Shown here piece by piece: positions 14,401 through 29,400 of a stretch of DNA of 64,000 bases (position 1 is its first letter; the number at the start of each line of letters is the position of its first letter). The notes under the pieces were generated by a model. It saw only the letters and a program-made list of their open reading frames with translations. It did not search any database and was not told the origin of the DNA. Origin of the DNA: Glaucostegus cemiculus (taxonomy: Eukaryota); contig CDPCPM010000044.1 in assembly GCA_976551045.1 (NCBI GenBank), positions 2,356,001 through 2,420,000 of the forward strand, read 5' to 3'. Both the position numbers and the translations under genes were made by a program.

Positions 14401-17400
14401 TTGCACTTACTGTAGGACCAACATTGAACCTTGCTTCCATCATGTCCTCTTGTTTCATCAAGGGTAAATGATTAATTTTTAGCTGCCATATCCTGCCATT
14501 TGAACTCTCTCCCAAGATCACTGAACCTAACCTCTATTCTTTTTTCAAAAACCTGCTTTCACTTCAAATGCTTTTTGACCCACCCTTAATTCCCTTGTAA
14601 GTATCCCTTAAAGTTGTCCGTTGCATTCTCCACTCAGTAAGGCACATTGGGACATTTTGTTGCACAAGAAGCACTTATATAAATGGGATAAAAGTCAGAA
14701 AACGCTGGAGGTACTCAGTGGGTCTCTGGAGAGAGAAATAATTAACATTTCAGATCAATGATCTTTCATCAGATGAAAGCTCTGATAATAGGTCATTGGC
14801 CTCAAACATTAACTGTTTTCTTCACTCCAGATGCTGCCTGACCTGCTATCTTCAGCATCTTCTGTTTTTATTTTCAGATTGCTAGAAATCTGTTTTATTT
14901 TTGTTTTTCAGTTACATCTAAATGGAAGTTGTTTTTATATTGTTCTTGGATAATAACAAAACACACATCATCTAAATCATACAGTTAGCCATGTGAGATT
15001 TAAGATCTTGTAGACAGGCTGATCAATGCTTTACATGATCCGTTATCTATTTGTACAGATTGCAGGACCCCCAGGACCCACTGGTTCACAAGGCCCACCA
15101 GGTCCAATGGTAAGTCAGAGTTACTGTTTTGAGAGTCTCATGTTCCTTTCCTTTTGATGATAGGCCTGAGAGAGTCTTTAAAAACTGCATTCCATCTGAG
15201 GTTAATTCTCAGAGCTGGGAACTTTACCTCTTTGATTAAGTAGAATCTTGCAGTTACCATGTCAGTGTTTAAAAAGCTTGCAAATCCCAGGAGTTGCTTG
15301 GACTGGAAAGAAGTCATTCATGGATTTTCTAATGCACATCTGTAATTCCAAATTGCCTATTTACCAGAGTATAATTGCAGCAAAGTACACAAAGACAATT
15401 ATATTGAGGCAGGACAAGTAGGTAACAGCTGTTTTAGCAAGACTTACATATTCGAACTTCACTCTAGAGCTGGCCTAGAGACTGGTTAAAGGTTCAGAAT
15501 GAGCAACATGATGGTATTATTCTTTCTATAAAATGAAGGCTGAGTTGTTGTTAAATATGCCTATTATACTGTTCATAGCCACCTGGGATCAAGCAAGTCC
15601 ATTAAGGAGTTCGAGAGATGTAGGAGTACCCTTAAGAGGGAAATTAGGAGGGCAAAAAGAGACCATGACATATAAGGTAAAGGAGAATCCTAAAAGATTC
15701 TATAAGTATATTAAGAGTAAAAGGATAGTTGGAGAGAGAGTGGGTCTTCTTAAGGATCAGCGTGGTAATCTATGTGAGGAGCGACAGGAAATGGGGTAAG
15801 TCTTAAATGAATACTTCTTACCTGTATTTACCATGGAAATGGACATGGAAGTTAGTGAGTTCAGGGGAGGGAACAGGGATATCCTGGAACATATCAACTT
15901 TCCAAAGGGAAAGTTATTGGAGGTCTTGAAACATGTAAAGGTGGATAAATCCCTGGGGCCTGACCAGGTGCATACTAGGATATTATGGAAAGCAAGGGAG
16001 GAGGTTGCGGGGCCCTGGCAGAGACTTTTGTATCTTGATTAACCACAGGTGAGGTCAAAGAAGACTGGGGGACAGCTAATGTTGTGCCTTTATTTAAGAT
16101 AAGCCAGGGAACTACAGGTCAGTGAACCTTACCTCAATGCTGAGAAGGTTATTGGAAGGAATTCTGAGGGACAGGACTTATTTGCATTTGGAAAGCCAAG
16201 GACTGATTAGGGATAGTCAGCATGACTCTTTTTATCAGTGATCGTACCTCACAAATTTGACTGAGTCTGTTGAAGAAGTTACCAAGAGGACTGATGAGTG
16301 CAAAGCAGTAGATGTTGTCTACATTAGCAAGGCCTTTGAAAAGGTCCCGAATGGTAGGCTGGTCTGGAAGGTCAGACACATGGGATCCACCATGAGCTGG
16401 CCATTGGATACAAAATTGACTTGGTGGTAGTGGAGGGCCGTTTTTCAGACTAGACACCTGTGACCCAGTGGTGCGCTGCAGGGATCGGTGCTGGATCCTC
16501 TGTTGTCTGGCATACACAGTAATGATTTGGATGAGAATGTTGATGGCATGAGTGGTCAGTGAAGAAGGTTGTCTAAACTTACAGCAGGATATTGATCAAC
16601 TGGGAGAGTAGGCAAGGGAACAGCAGATGGAACATCAGATTGAATTGAACTCAGACAAGTGTAAATTGTTACATTTTGGGAAGTTAAACAATGGCAGGAC
16701 ATACACAACGGATCAGGCATTGTTTTGCATCCTGAGAGATATCAAATGGACTTAGGTTTTATGAGAGTTGTGGGTTAGAATATGTTGAAGGCATAGTCCC
16801 TTGCCTTCAGGTTCAAAATAGATAAAGAAAATAAGAACTAAAATTTAACCAGTTCTATTGGGTGTAATCTCACAATTTACTTGTGAATTCATGACATTCG
16901 TAATTTTGTTTGAACCAAACATGTTTGCACAGTCTTCATAACATACAGTTCCACAGATTACAAACAGGAATGTGGCCTGTTCTTCTGTTGTTTCCCACAG
17001 CAGCCAGCGCTTTTATTGTCTAATGAGTCAACTCCCTTGTTTTGAGAGATTTTGAACAGTTTGTGCATTCTATATAGTAGACTGATCTAGCTCAGATTAA
17101 TTAGATGAAATAAAAAGGCAGGTCAATAGCAGACTTAATTGTGGGAGATTTTGAAACAAGCTGCAGGGCAAGAATTAAATGCATTTCAACCATGAGTAAA
17201 GTGATCCATCAAAGACTATTTTCTATGGGAATACATAGCCAAGAGCAAACAGCAAGGTTTAAAAAATAGTTTACAATGAACGTAGTGCACACAGAATGGA
17301 AGAAATTTAAAAATATAAGTATTGAAGCAAAAATAGAGACTGAAAGGCTGAGAGAGAGCTTGTCACTATGAAAAATAGTGATGGGACATGTGTGGTGTCT

Positions 17401-20400
17401 AACCCAGGAATTCATGGGAAACACCTCTTATTTTCTGTAAAGTAAATTACATTGACCTCAGTAAAAGAGGGATGGTGTTGAGGATTATCTATCTTTGATA
17501 TTAAATTAGGTGGTATTGCAACCTGGGAAGAAGAATTGAGGAACTGAGCGGAAGGATATAGTCAGATTTGTGGAATGGATAGGAGGGAAATCCAGCCAAT
17601 CAGAGAATGGTGAGAAGTAGTACCTCTAGAAAGTAAGAGAGATCTGAAACAGAAAGAACCTTAAGAAAATGTGTGAACACCATCTTCTGAACCGCAGAAA
17701 AGACCTTGCATAGAGCAGATAGCATTCTGGATTTCACACACAGTATTTTGGGATTTCTGATAATCTTGGTGGAAAAGAAGAAAGGAAAAAAATAGGTGTC
17801 TTGGTGTAAAATATGTTTAGAAATATGTTCATCATAGAGATGAACTTAGTTCTCTGGGAGTTTCATTCACAGAACACATGTCTGGGAGACTTAGATTAGA
17901 ATTCAGATTGGGTGCTCAAACCTGCATGTTCTGACAGAGAATGATAGTTTGTACGTTCTCCCGTGTCTGCGTGGGTTTCCTCCGGGTGCTCCGGTTTCCT
18001 CCCACATTCTGAAAGACGTACGGGTAGGTTAATTTGGGGGTTTAAAATGGGCAGCGTGGATTCGGAGGGCCAAAAGGGCCTGTTACCACGCTGTAAATAA
18101 AATTTTAAAAAAACATTCTAGTGACTGTTCTAATTCACTACTTCATCAACAACCCCAGCCAGTTGAATACAGCAGGAAGCATTGTCAAGTTAGGCTGCTG
18201 GGTTCTGTTTTTGGGTGACAGCTAGTCAGATGAATTGAGAGCTAACACTGCGGTCAGTCAGAAGAGAGAGTAAACAGCAGACTAGGGAGAGGGGAGGGAG
18301 GGATCTGCTCTCAGTGTAAGGTCAAAAGTGCAGGGGTTCAGCTATTTTATAGCTGGTGTTTGTGCACAGGGGTCGCTCATTTTTGTGGAATAATGCGGTG
18401 ACTTCATTAGTTTCCTCATGAATAGGGAGCAAAGTGAATGGAATAATTGGCGTTGATTTGAACGTTTGGGTGGTGGGTGGAGTGTGCAGGGGGACCACTG
18501 GGAATGAAGCGACGTGAAGTCATCTGCAGGTGCAGCTAGCAAACTGTGGGATGCCAGGCATGAATCCCAGGCCTGGCTCCTCCAGGGTCTACAGATATAA
18601 TTTTTAGAGAGGGTCTCTGCTATTGTACCGCCAGTAAAACAGGCTTAGAAAGCATAAGGTGTTACTCCAACCAGCAAGTTAAAATCATTATCTCTGATGT
18701 AACCCAAGGATTTATCCTTTTCTCATCTACGTAATTAAAAGGTAATTGGATAAATATTTGAAGAGAAATAAACTGAAAAAAGATTATGGTTTTGAAGGAG
18801 ATAGACATTGGTGTTGGGAAGGCATGAAGACACTGAGCTTCTTGGCCTTCATTGCTTTAGCACATGGGAATTACTGAGCAAACTCGTGGTGAGATACTGA
18901 CTCATTTTCTTTCATCTTCATTCTGTTCCAACAGGGACCACATGGCCTTCCAGGACCTAAGGTAAATCATCAACAAAGTCTAAGGAGATCTAATAAACTG
19001 ACAAATAATGTCTTAAATTTGTCTCCATGCTCTTTGTTAAAATTAGCTATGCATGCTATGTGTCACTTATTTGACTAATGAATGTTGATTTTATGTTGTA
19101 ACATCTTTAAACCTGTAAGTTCTGGCTGCAGAGCAAAGGTTTCCATTTTACCAAATTTTATAAGAACCTCGTTAAGAATGACCTGAGATATTATGATACA
19201 AGGTCAAGGTTAGGGTTCTAATTTTAATTGATCAGTTATCAACAGAGCTGTTGTTGCTTTTCACGGAGTGGAGGAGGATTTGTGCACCAAACCCCACACA
19301 GACAAGGTTAACACATTTCATACATGTATTGCAGAAATGGAGATTTCTGTGAGATTCAGCAGAACCTATGCTTCATGAAATCATGTGGGCTTCAGGCAAT
19401 ATCATAATTTGCATCCTGTGAATATCATAAAATCTTATTAATAAGATTGGCCTACACGCCATGTTAAAAGATCAACCGGTCATTTCTGGGATCTAGAACT
19501 GCAGTTCAGGCAGTTAATTAAAGTCTACTTGCATTCTGAGAACCAACTGGTAATGATCCTCACATAATCAAAGAGGGTTTTTTTCAGTTTTATTGTGGTT
19601 CCCCCAATAATTATGAATGTAAAATATAAAACAATCCTTAGTCCTGTATAACAGGCATCATTGTCACTAAATGAGGCAAGATCATATGGATCCAAATCAA
19701 GTGTTGTAAAGAGTCACTTGTGTTATGTTAGTGTGGGGAGAGCTCTGCATTGCATCAGGCACAAGCCTTCTCTGAGAATGCTCTGTATTGTCACTGGATG
19801 CAAAACAGGAAATTGAAATCTGTTTCATCACAACCTTCAGTTCTTCCAGTACAACACCTCTAAACAGAAAAGGCTATCCTACTTATATTACTGTAAGAGC
19901 TCATGAACTTATGGGTTTAAAGTGATCACCACACAAAAGGTATTACTGAAGATTTCTGTGCATCTGTCAGTGTGTTATTTCACCAACCATGCACCAGGAT
20001 CAACACACAGAACAGTGTTACTAAAAAATTATGTCCTTTGTAAATGGTAGAACAGCAGAACAATGCTTAAGGGTTTTACCTTCTTGTATATTAATGCTTT
20101 GTTGGGAAGGATTCTTTTCACAGTAATACACAAGTGTGCAGTTCTCTGAATGACAAAAAACCCTCTTATTGCTTTAAAACTGGTTTCTGTAGATCCTGGG
20201 TTCTGAGTATATAATCAGCCTGATCACTGTGTTACAAATCCTCTACAAAATGTTACGGTAATATATTCCAAAATCAATTAAATTTTGGTAATTGTGTAGA
20301 CAGCTTTAATAGAATAAATAAAGAGAGACTTGGTAGGAAGCTTGATAATCAGAAGACAAATTCCTAAAACCATTGGCAAAAGAATCAGAAGGAGATGAGT

Positions 20401-23400
20401 TTGTTTTTAACGCAGCAAATTGTTGTGATTTAGAATCACTGTTCGAAAAGATTCAATAATAGCTTCAAAAAGGATTTGGACATATACTGGATATAGCTAA
20501 TTTGGTATACGTAAAAACGTGGGATTGGAACTAAATAAATTGCTCTTTCAAAATGCTCAATAGTCGCAATGGGCCAAATGGACTTTCTCTGCCATTCCGT
20601 GACTGGGATTCTCATTGAGGCTCTTGCTTTTACCCCTTGTCTGGGTCTACCATCCACAGAGCAAAATAATTGTGGTATTATCAAACGGACTGATCAGCAA
20701 TGCACCAGGCATCAGATCAGCTCTGTCTTGGAAAGTGCACCTCACTAAAGTCTGGCAAAGTTGATGTAGAGGTCCCAGAGACAGGCTAAGTTATAGCCTG
20801 ATATGGTTTTACTCTGAGGGCTAGATCTATCAGACACTGTACTAGACTCCTCTATTATCATTTCAATCTCAGCAGCCAGACCCACTAGCTGCAACAGTAT
20901 TGTGGTATATCTGAAACTCTTCAAACTTGACTCAAGATCCTATCATGTTCAACAATTTTACTTAGACAAATAAACCTTCATTAATTATTGGCTTCCCCTC
21001 AAGCCCTCAATCCTCACCTCTTCTCTCCTAATCCACCATCCAAATTCTTTCAGGCCATGTTGAATACTTCTGCAACACTGACATTTAGCTCGAGACATCA
21101 ATGTCGACCCAAAGGAATGCTCAACAGGCTGAGTTGTGGTTGACATGGTTGCCAGATGAGTTCTGGGCCTTATGCTGAGGGAACCAGTACAATGAAATAT
21201 CTGACTTGGTCTTATCCCTATCCACTCACGTCTGTGACCAAAGCGGCAGGAGTGGTTGTCATTGTGAAGAAGTTCTTCTTCAAAGAGAGGACAGGCTCCA
21301 ATATGTCATACATTATCAGAGCTAACATTCCAAAACTAGGCATCTGTGTGGCACAGTGAGTGGTCAGAAACAGATGCCATAAAATCTGTAATCTCAAGGT
21401 CTGATACATTCTTCACTCCTCAATCAGTGTCAGGCTGGTAAACCAGCCCTCATTCACTGAGAGTGTAGGAGGTGATGTCAAAACTTATTCCAAGCACATA
21501 TTTGAATGAGGCATCAAGCTAGTGAAGTTACAATGCAGAGACACCAGCAGGCAAAGCATTAATGGCATCAGATTATAGACCAGGCCAAGTGACCTATAGC
21601 CAGTCATTTACAGCCAATTGATCAATGGCATTCCTTCTGTCATGAAATTAGAAGTGGGATAGTTCACACACTAAACAGTTCATAGTGCAGTAATGTCGCA
21701 TGTATCCCTAAAAATGAAATAATATTTTTTTAAAAAACAGGTTTTCCCTTTAGGTGCTCCTTAGTTGCAATATTGAACAATATTGACTTTAATGTGACAG
21801 CTTTCTCTATCTGTTTATATTAAGTATGTTAAAAGCTCTTCTAATACAGGAAACTGAAAAATCTTAAATGAATGCATTAAACTTTAATTTCAACAGTAAA
21901 CTTTATACTTTAGCACCCAACCTCCAAGGCTGAGGCGAAAATAACAGCACACAGTCAGGAAGCTGCCATAAGAAAATCTACTTAAGAACCAGAAGTATGG
22001 ATGTCTCAGTTATTTTGTCAGGAAGGAACATAATGCTGTCCTGTAATTCTCAGGTGCAATCAATATGGATATTCAAAGTACCTACACTGAAAGATGTGTA
22101 ATCCTCTTGGAGATCTTTTCCTGCTTAGTTTAACAGAACAGGGAGAAAATGTAATTTGTCTCCAATATAGAATGGATGTCAGTAATGCTAACGTACTACA
22201 GAAGGATTGAAAAAAGCATTGATCATTATGGGGGGAATAATACTTTGATGGATGCACAGATATTTGCAGTAGCTTTTTGTGATTAATTTAAATGCATTTC
22301 TGTCCCAGCTTCAAAGTAGCCAAAAAAAGGTGGACTTTACTTTTACATTTAGGGTGAACCAGGGTTGAATGGTGTTAAAGGAGGGAAGGGTGAACCAGGT
22401 CAAAAAGGTGACAGAGGACCCCTTGGTCTCCCAGTAAGTAGATAACATTTAATACAGCTTACATCGTAAGAGTGCCAACATCTCTGGTTTACTCTGAGTA
22501 ATACTGGAGAACAGATGCACAGTGCTGGAGCAGAAACAAATCACTAACTCATTGTCACCCAGTTACATTGTGCGCTGTCTTATTAGATGCATTAACTGTT
22601 TTAATTGCAAATTAGTCATTTTTACAAATCACTCCCGCAGTATGTAGATGATAGTTCTAAAAGATTAACAGTCATTATTGTCATTGTATGTACATTATGT
22701 CCCGTCTTGTGATGTCTTGTTTAGGTTTATCTTTTTTAGTACATTTTCTTCACTTAAGCTGTTCAGAAGCACTTATGGGACATTTCACAAACTGTGCAAA
22801 TGTATAATATTTAACTTATTTAAGAAAATTTAGGGTGTATTTACAACTTTTTGCTAGTCTTCATGGAAAGGTCACTGTGAATACATAGCAAGAATACCCT
22901 TTTATCCACATGGTAAACACTTTCACAGCTATTAGTACATGAAGGAAAATATTAACAATTGTCTTGTAATAAGTGGCAGGCAAGATTTAGTTCATTTTTC
23001 CCCACCATTGTATTCAAATGGAAAAGACAATAGTAAGCATCTTTCCCAGTGTAATCATTCTCACTTAAACTCATTGACAAGATTTCAGCCCCTATCAGTG
23101 GCCATTTAGTAAGGGTGCAATGTGGTGCAGAGGTGCAGCAGTTCAGGAGCAATAGAGAAGATTTTGTGTTGGATTTTAATCGGGTGGATTCAATTTATGT
23201 GATAGCCATCCAAGGTTGCTAATATGGGACTGTGATCGTAGGTCCTCCTTACAATGTATTCAGCCAGCTGGCAGTGCAGAATATGTAATTCCAATGGACA
23301 AATACCAATCTTGAAGCAGGAAATTGAGTAGAATGTGAAAGTCTATGCAGCTACATTCTAAAGGGATGGATGCTAGAATCAGGAATAACGTGAAGCAGGA

Positions 23401-26400
23401 TGTGGGGTAGTGGACAACATGTTTGCAGAGCCGATAGCAACTGCGTTACATTCAAATTACTTTTCCTTGCAATACCCACAAGCAACTGCCACACAGAAAT
23501 GACCGCCAAGCTTTATCCAACTTTTCTCTGACATTTGCTGGAAATGTCCGTCTTCATCCATCCAATGCTCCTGGCTGGAGCACAGGAGTGGGAACTGGCA
23601 GAGGGTACTAGGCAAAGGCAGCAGAAGTTTTCATGATCTCAGCTGCATCATCAGACCCAACCAGGCTATGGATGTAAACCTGCCACACACACACATCCTC
23701 TCTCTTCCCTCATGTCCAAAGAGAGCCCTGGTCTTCAGAATAGATGAACAGTGACTCAGCCAAACATCAATATTGCTGCAATGTCAAGCTCTTTGCCAGC
23801 AGGAGTTAATAACAAGGACATTAGATCAATAATTCTGCCCTGTTGTAATATTTAGTGACTCTTAACAGTTTATATTTGTAAAAACTTCACAATAGCCTAT
23901 GTTCCAGTACTAGCCATGCCTCTAGTCAGGCCATCCAGTACTGTTCAAAACTGGATCCTTCCTAACAACATGTAGAATTACCTGGGATAGCCTCAAAAAA
24001 AAGCAGAACATATCCAATTTACATGAATACTACCTCATCATTCTACTGTCAATCAAAAGCAAACCAATGGAATACGTTGTCCAAAAAAAATTCCACCAAC
24101 CAATATGCTCACTAAAGGTCAATTTAGGTTTCACCAGGACTACCAAGCTCTAAACTGTGATAGGTCTTTGGCATAAATACATCATTTATTAGCCCAGGCC
24201 TTAATGTTAACCAGATCTTGCTGCTTGTGGGCATAAACTGTTTCATTCTCTCAGAAGTTGTGAATAAAAACTGAGCAGAGATAAGCCAACCTCTAGGTTT
24301 GCTAAAATACTTGTGCAAAAAGTATAGCCATGGAGTTTCAGTGTGACTAGGTGGGAGTGACTTTTCCTGTCTTCAGGGCAGAATTTGATCAAGTAAGCCT
24401 TAGTAAAAGCTAAAGGCAATGGGAATTAAGAGGGAATCTCTCCATTGGCTGGAGTCAAACCTCACACAAAAGGGATTAGGGTAGGATTAGCATAAATGGG
24501 TGGTTGGTGTGGGTTCGGTGTTTCTGCGCTGTTTCTCTCTGTGACTCTAAAACATACAAGGGAAATCTTCTATATTTGTCAATAGTTGCCAATGTTGTGG
24601 CTGTACTGGAACACTGTTGGAATGCCTTCACTACAGTTTGCTACATAAAGATTTTTATGTAAAATAAGGGCTCATGGAGTTGGCATGTGTAGATATCTGG
24701 TTAAAGGACAGAAAACAAAGAGTAGGAATGAATGGATCTATTTACGCACAGCGGTCTGTCATTTGTCAGTGCCTTGCAGATCAATACTTCCCCTTATTCA
24801 ACTGTATTACTAATGCAGATGAAAAGATCATATCAAAGTTTGTTGATGGTACAAAGCTAGATGGGAAGGTGAGCTATGAAGAGGATTGGTAAAGTCTACA
24901 AAGGGATACAGACAGCTTAAGCAAGTGACTAAGTGGTAGATGGAATGTTATGAGAGAAAAGGTACACTAATTCATTTCACTAGGGGAAATAGAAAACCAA
25001 AATATATTTTAAATGGTAAGAAACTAGTGGGCATTCGTCTGTGGTGGGATTTTGCTTTCCTGCTTCATGAACATCAGAGTTAACATTTAAATGGAGCATG
25101 CAATTCAGAAGGCAAATAATATGTTGGCCTTTATCGCATGGAGCTGCAGTACAATTGTACAGAACTCTGTCCTAAAGTAATATGCAAAGTTTTGATCTCA
25201 ATACCTAAGGAATAATATATTTCCCTTGGAGACGGACCAACCATGCCAAACCACAAGCCCTTATTTTATGTAACACTCTTCATGTGGCAACATGCAGTAA
25301 TGGGTTTACCCTATGAAGAGGAATCAGGTAGTATTATCCTATAGTTTATAGATTTTAAAAAGAGAAAATGATCTCATTGAAATATGCAAAATTCTGCAAG
25401 GAAATGAGATGGTAGATGTCAAGAGGCTGTCACTCCATCTGGGGAGTCTAGATCTAGGGCACGGTCTCAATTAAGGAGTCAGCTATTTAGGAATACACGA
25501 GGAGAAACTTCTTTATGCAGATGTCATGAAACTTCAGATTCTATCCTGTGGTGGTGGAGGGTTGGTTTTTGAATATTAAATATATTTAAGACCTAAGTCA
25601 AAAGATTTTTGGAAAAACTTTGGAAATCAAGGAATATAGGTACTGGACAACAAAATGGGCTTGGAGGGCAGGGTTGGCTATGATCTTGCTGAACAACAAA
25701 GCAGACTCCAGGGGCCATGTCGCCTGGTGTTCCTTCTATTTCTTATGTTCTTATGTCACCGTTCCATGCACTCTACAGAAGCTGGCAGCAGGTGGCACAC
25801 ATTTCAAGTCTCCAATTGCTACCGTATTCATTGCAAGTAAATAATCATTCATGTTTTAGGAATAGAAATAATAGACATCAGTTCTTACGCCAGTCTTGTG
25901 GTGTACAACTGGTTCAGAGAGGAACATTTTGGGAGACCAATGCCCAGAAATACAATGACCTGAAAAGCACTTGACCTGACTGGTTAGAACTATGTTCTCT
26001 CCCAGCTGCACTCCCCAAGCGTTTCCCCCCCCCCCCCCAATGCATTAATAGCTCTCTATACAGTCATCAAAATAAGTACCTCATGAGGTAGAATAGATGG
26101 CCCAAACCCAGGTTATGTACATCGAGGAAGTCTGAAGTGGTACAAATGATGATTGTAGAGGGCTGTTGTGAGACCACTCCTGAAGTTATGTGCACAGTTT
26201 TGGTTTCCATCCCAACAGAATGTCTTGAGTGCAGCGTATTTTCTCCTGGAATGAGAAAATTGTTCCCTGAAGGAAAATCCTGCAAGAAAATTGGTCTACC
26301 TCCCTGAGCAGAGAAGAGATCAGTTCAGACAGGTTTTGGCTGTAGCTGCCACAGCAGATAGTACTTTTTAAGGTCAATCAGGCCAGAAGCTGCATTAGAG

Positions 26401-29400
26401 CTTCCCTGATCTCCAGTGCACTCTGACTACAGCAGACTTGGCTTCCTTCTGCCAACCCTGGGACTTGGCTTCAAGCTGCTACAAACAAAATGAATGGGCA
26501 GATTTCAAAGACCTAATGCCATTGAATCTGGGGCCCGATTTAACAATCCCACTCTCTACTACACCCGCCCCGGCCTCCAATCCCAACCATCCTACAGTTC
26601 AGACCTTCACTTTGGGCATATGGCCAAGGGCAGGGTTGCAACATTCTACTCTTGGTCCTTGTTTTCATGAAGATATGGAGAGTTTTTATTAAAAGTGGGG
26701 GAGCAGGGCAATTGCAGGATTTTAGGGGCAAGTGTTCCTATTTTCTACTATTAAGTAGAAATTAAACTGTATTTTAAATAAAATCAGAATAAGCCAAACA
26801 TCTAAAGCCAATCAGTTTGTAATTAATAGTAAAAGAACTGTTTGCCATTTCTGTTTTGAGCCTTAATCAGAACTGTGAACAAGAAAATTTTTAAACATGA
26901 ACACATGCCCCATGCGAGGCTTATGAAGAAGGTGAGGAGACATGGGATCCAGGGGGACATTGCGATGTGGATTCAGAATTGGCTGGCCCACAGAAGGCAA
27001 AGAGTGGTTGTGGAAGGGTCGTATTCTGAGTGGAGGTCGGTGACCTCCGGTGTACCTCAAGGATCTGTACTGGGACCCTTGCTGTTTGTGATCTTTATAA
27101 CTGATCTGGATGAGGAAGTGGAGGGGTGGGTTAGTAAGTTTGCTGACGACACGAAGGTTGGGGCAGTTGTAGATAGTTTGGAGGGCTGTCAGAGGCTACA
27201 GAGGGACATAGATAGGATGCAGAATTGGGCTGAGAAAGCAGATGCAGTTCAACCTGGATAAATGTGAAGTGGTTCATTTTGGTAGGTCGAATAGGTTGGC
27301 GGAATATAGAATTAATGGTAGGACTCTTGGCAGTGTGGAGGACCAGAGGGATCTTGGGGTCCAAGTCCATAGGACGCTCAAGGCGGCTGCGCAGGTTGAC
27401 TCTGTGGTTAGGAAGGCGTATGGTGTATTGTCCTTCATCGGTCGAGGGATTGAAGTTAGGAGTAGGGAGGTAATGCTTCAGTTGTATAGGTCCCTGGTCA
27501 GACCCCACCTGGAGTATTGTGTTCAGTTCTGGTCGCCTCACTACTGGAAGGATGTGGAAGCTATAGAGAGGGTACAGGGGAGGGTAACGAGGATGCTGCC
27601 TGGAATGAGGAGCATGCCTTATGAGAGCAGGCTGCGGGAACTCGGCCTTTTCTCCTTGGAGAGGAGGAGGATGAGGGGGGACCTGATTGAGGTATATAAG
27701 ATGATGAAAGGTATGGATAGGGTAGATAGTCGGAGGCTTTTCCCTAGGGCTGAACTGGTGGCCACAAGAGGACATAGGTTTAAGGTGCTGGGGGGAAGAT
27801 ATAGGGGAGATGTTAGGGGTAAGTTTTTTACTCAGAGAGTGGTGAGTGCATGGAATTGGCTGCCGGAGATGGTGGTGGAGCCGGATACGTTAGGGTCTTT
27901 CAAGAGACTGTTGGATAGGTACATGGAGGTAAATAAGATGGAAGGTTATGGGTAAGCCTAATAGTGTGGGGACATGTTCGGCACAGCTTTGTGGGCCGAA
28001 GGGCCTGAATTGTGCTGTAGGTACTATGTTCTATGTTCTAACTTTAAAAGGCTAATAGTAAACATTGAGAACCAACTATTTTAATTACTATTGCATAGGA
28101 AGAGCTGGAGGAGATACTATATTATGAGAATATTCTTGAATCTTGGGGGAGAAAAGTTAAATGCCTTGAATTATTATACAAAGATAGGCTTTATCAATAG
28201 AGGTCCATCAAAAAGATGTTAGTAGGAGAAGGCTGAAAAATGGAAGAGTAAGGAGTGGAAGATGAATGAGCAGGAAAATGAGTTTGAAATGTAAATTACA
28301 GAGGGAAAAATTGTCCTTGCATGTGGGCATTTAGTTGTGTCCAGCGGAGGGACTGTGTTATCAATGGATAGAGAGAGCCTGGCAGATGTAGAAGCTAGTA
28401 AAGTGAAGGGTGGGGGTGTGGTCAGTCATATCCTTGTTGATATGAAGTGAAAGAGGAGAAATGAAGTGGGTGTGATTAAAGGCCCAGGAGTGGGGGGACC
28501 TCAGCAAAGGAAAGAAAAATTAAGTGCTGCAGTGGAAAGTGCAGTCAGTGGAGCAGCTAGGGTACAGACAGGGAAATGGAGAGAAGGGGGTGAATCCTCT
28601 CAGGAAAGGAGATGTAAATATAAAATACAACACATCAAATGTCTGTGGAAAGCCCTTAAACTGTCAGAGAGAAGTTCAGGAAAAGGAGAAAAAAGTCAGA
28701 AATATATTGGAGGGATGGGTGGAAATGAGAAGCATTCTCAAAATTCTCAAGTGTAGATTGAGAAAAGGAAGCAATATCAGCACAGTTGTCGACACATTGC
28801 AGAAAAGGGCCTGAGAAGATGGCTAAGGTCGGAATGGGCTCAAATATTTAACTTCCAAAAGGGCAGATATAGCTGCGAACTTGTGCATTCCGATAACTTT
28901 TTTTCGAAAACAGTGGATGCACCTGAAAGACATTTCTAATGGTATGTGAAGGATTGTTGCAGTAAAGAGAGGCACTGATGAAGAAAAATCTGCAATTTTC
29001 TCACTTAAATACCTTTCCACTCTCTGGCAGGGATGATCATTGCATATTATACAGCACATTCTTCCCCCCCCCCCAGTTTAAAAGACATTAATTTCTATGG
29101 ATTTCAGCATAATGCTTCTCTCTTGTTGTTGCTGTATTGTACTCCAGATAATTATTTCCAATTTAAACAGTTTTTAATACTCTATCCTGCACTTCTGATT
29201 GATAGTAGTGGTCATGTCAATGGTCTGGATGGAGGCCAATGAGAGGAATTGGTCAGCAGTCGTAATTGGAAACATGGTGCGGTAGGAGTAGGGGGGGATC
29301 AGCAGGAATCATGGATGGGAGGCAAGGTTGATGATTAAGATCAGGACCTTGTTCAATGGGGGCTCACATTCAAGGTCAAAATAATGGGACTGGGGATGAG

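Noticed and set aside
15066-15109. Alternative acceptor ttgcag inside exon H
   Set aside because: It gives a 44-nt frameshifting exon; the 15059 acceptor keeps frame and the expected IA interruption
26875-27955. Longest ORFs (128 and 237 aa) as a host reverse transcriptase gene or retron-like system
   Set aside because: 5'-truncated CR1 ORF2 with a frameshift and a typical CR1 tail; the antisense 214-aa ORF is its shadow
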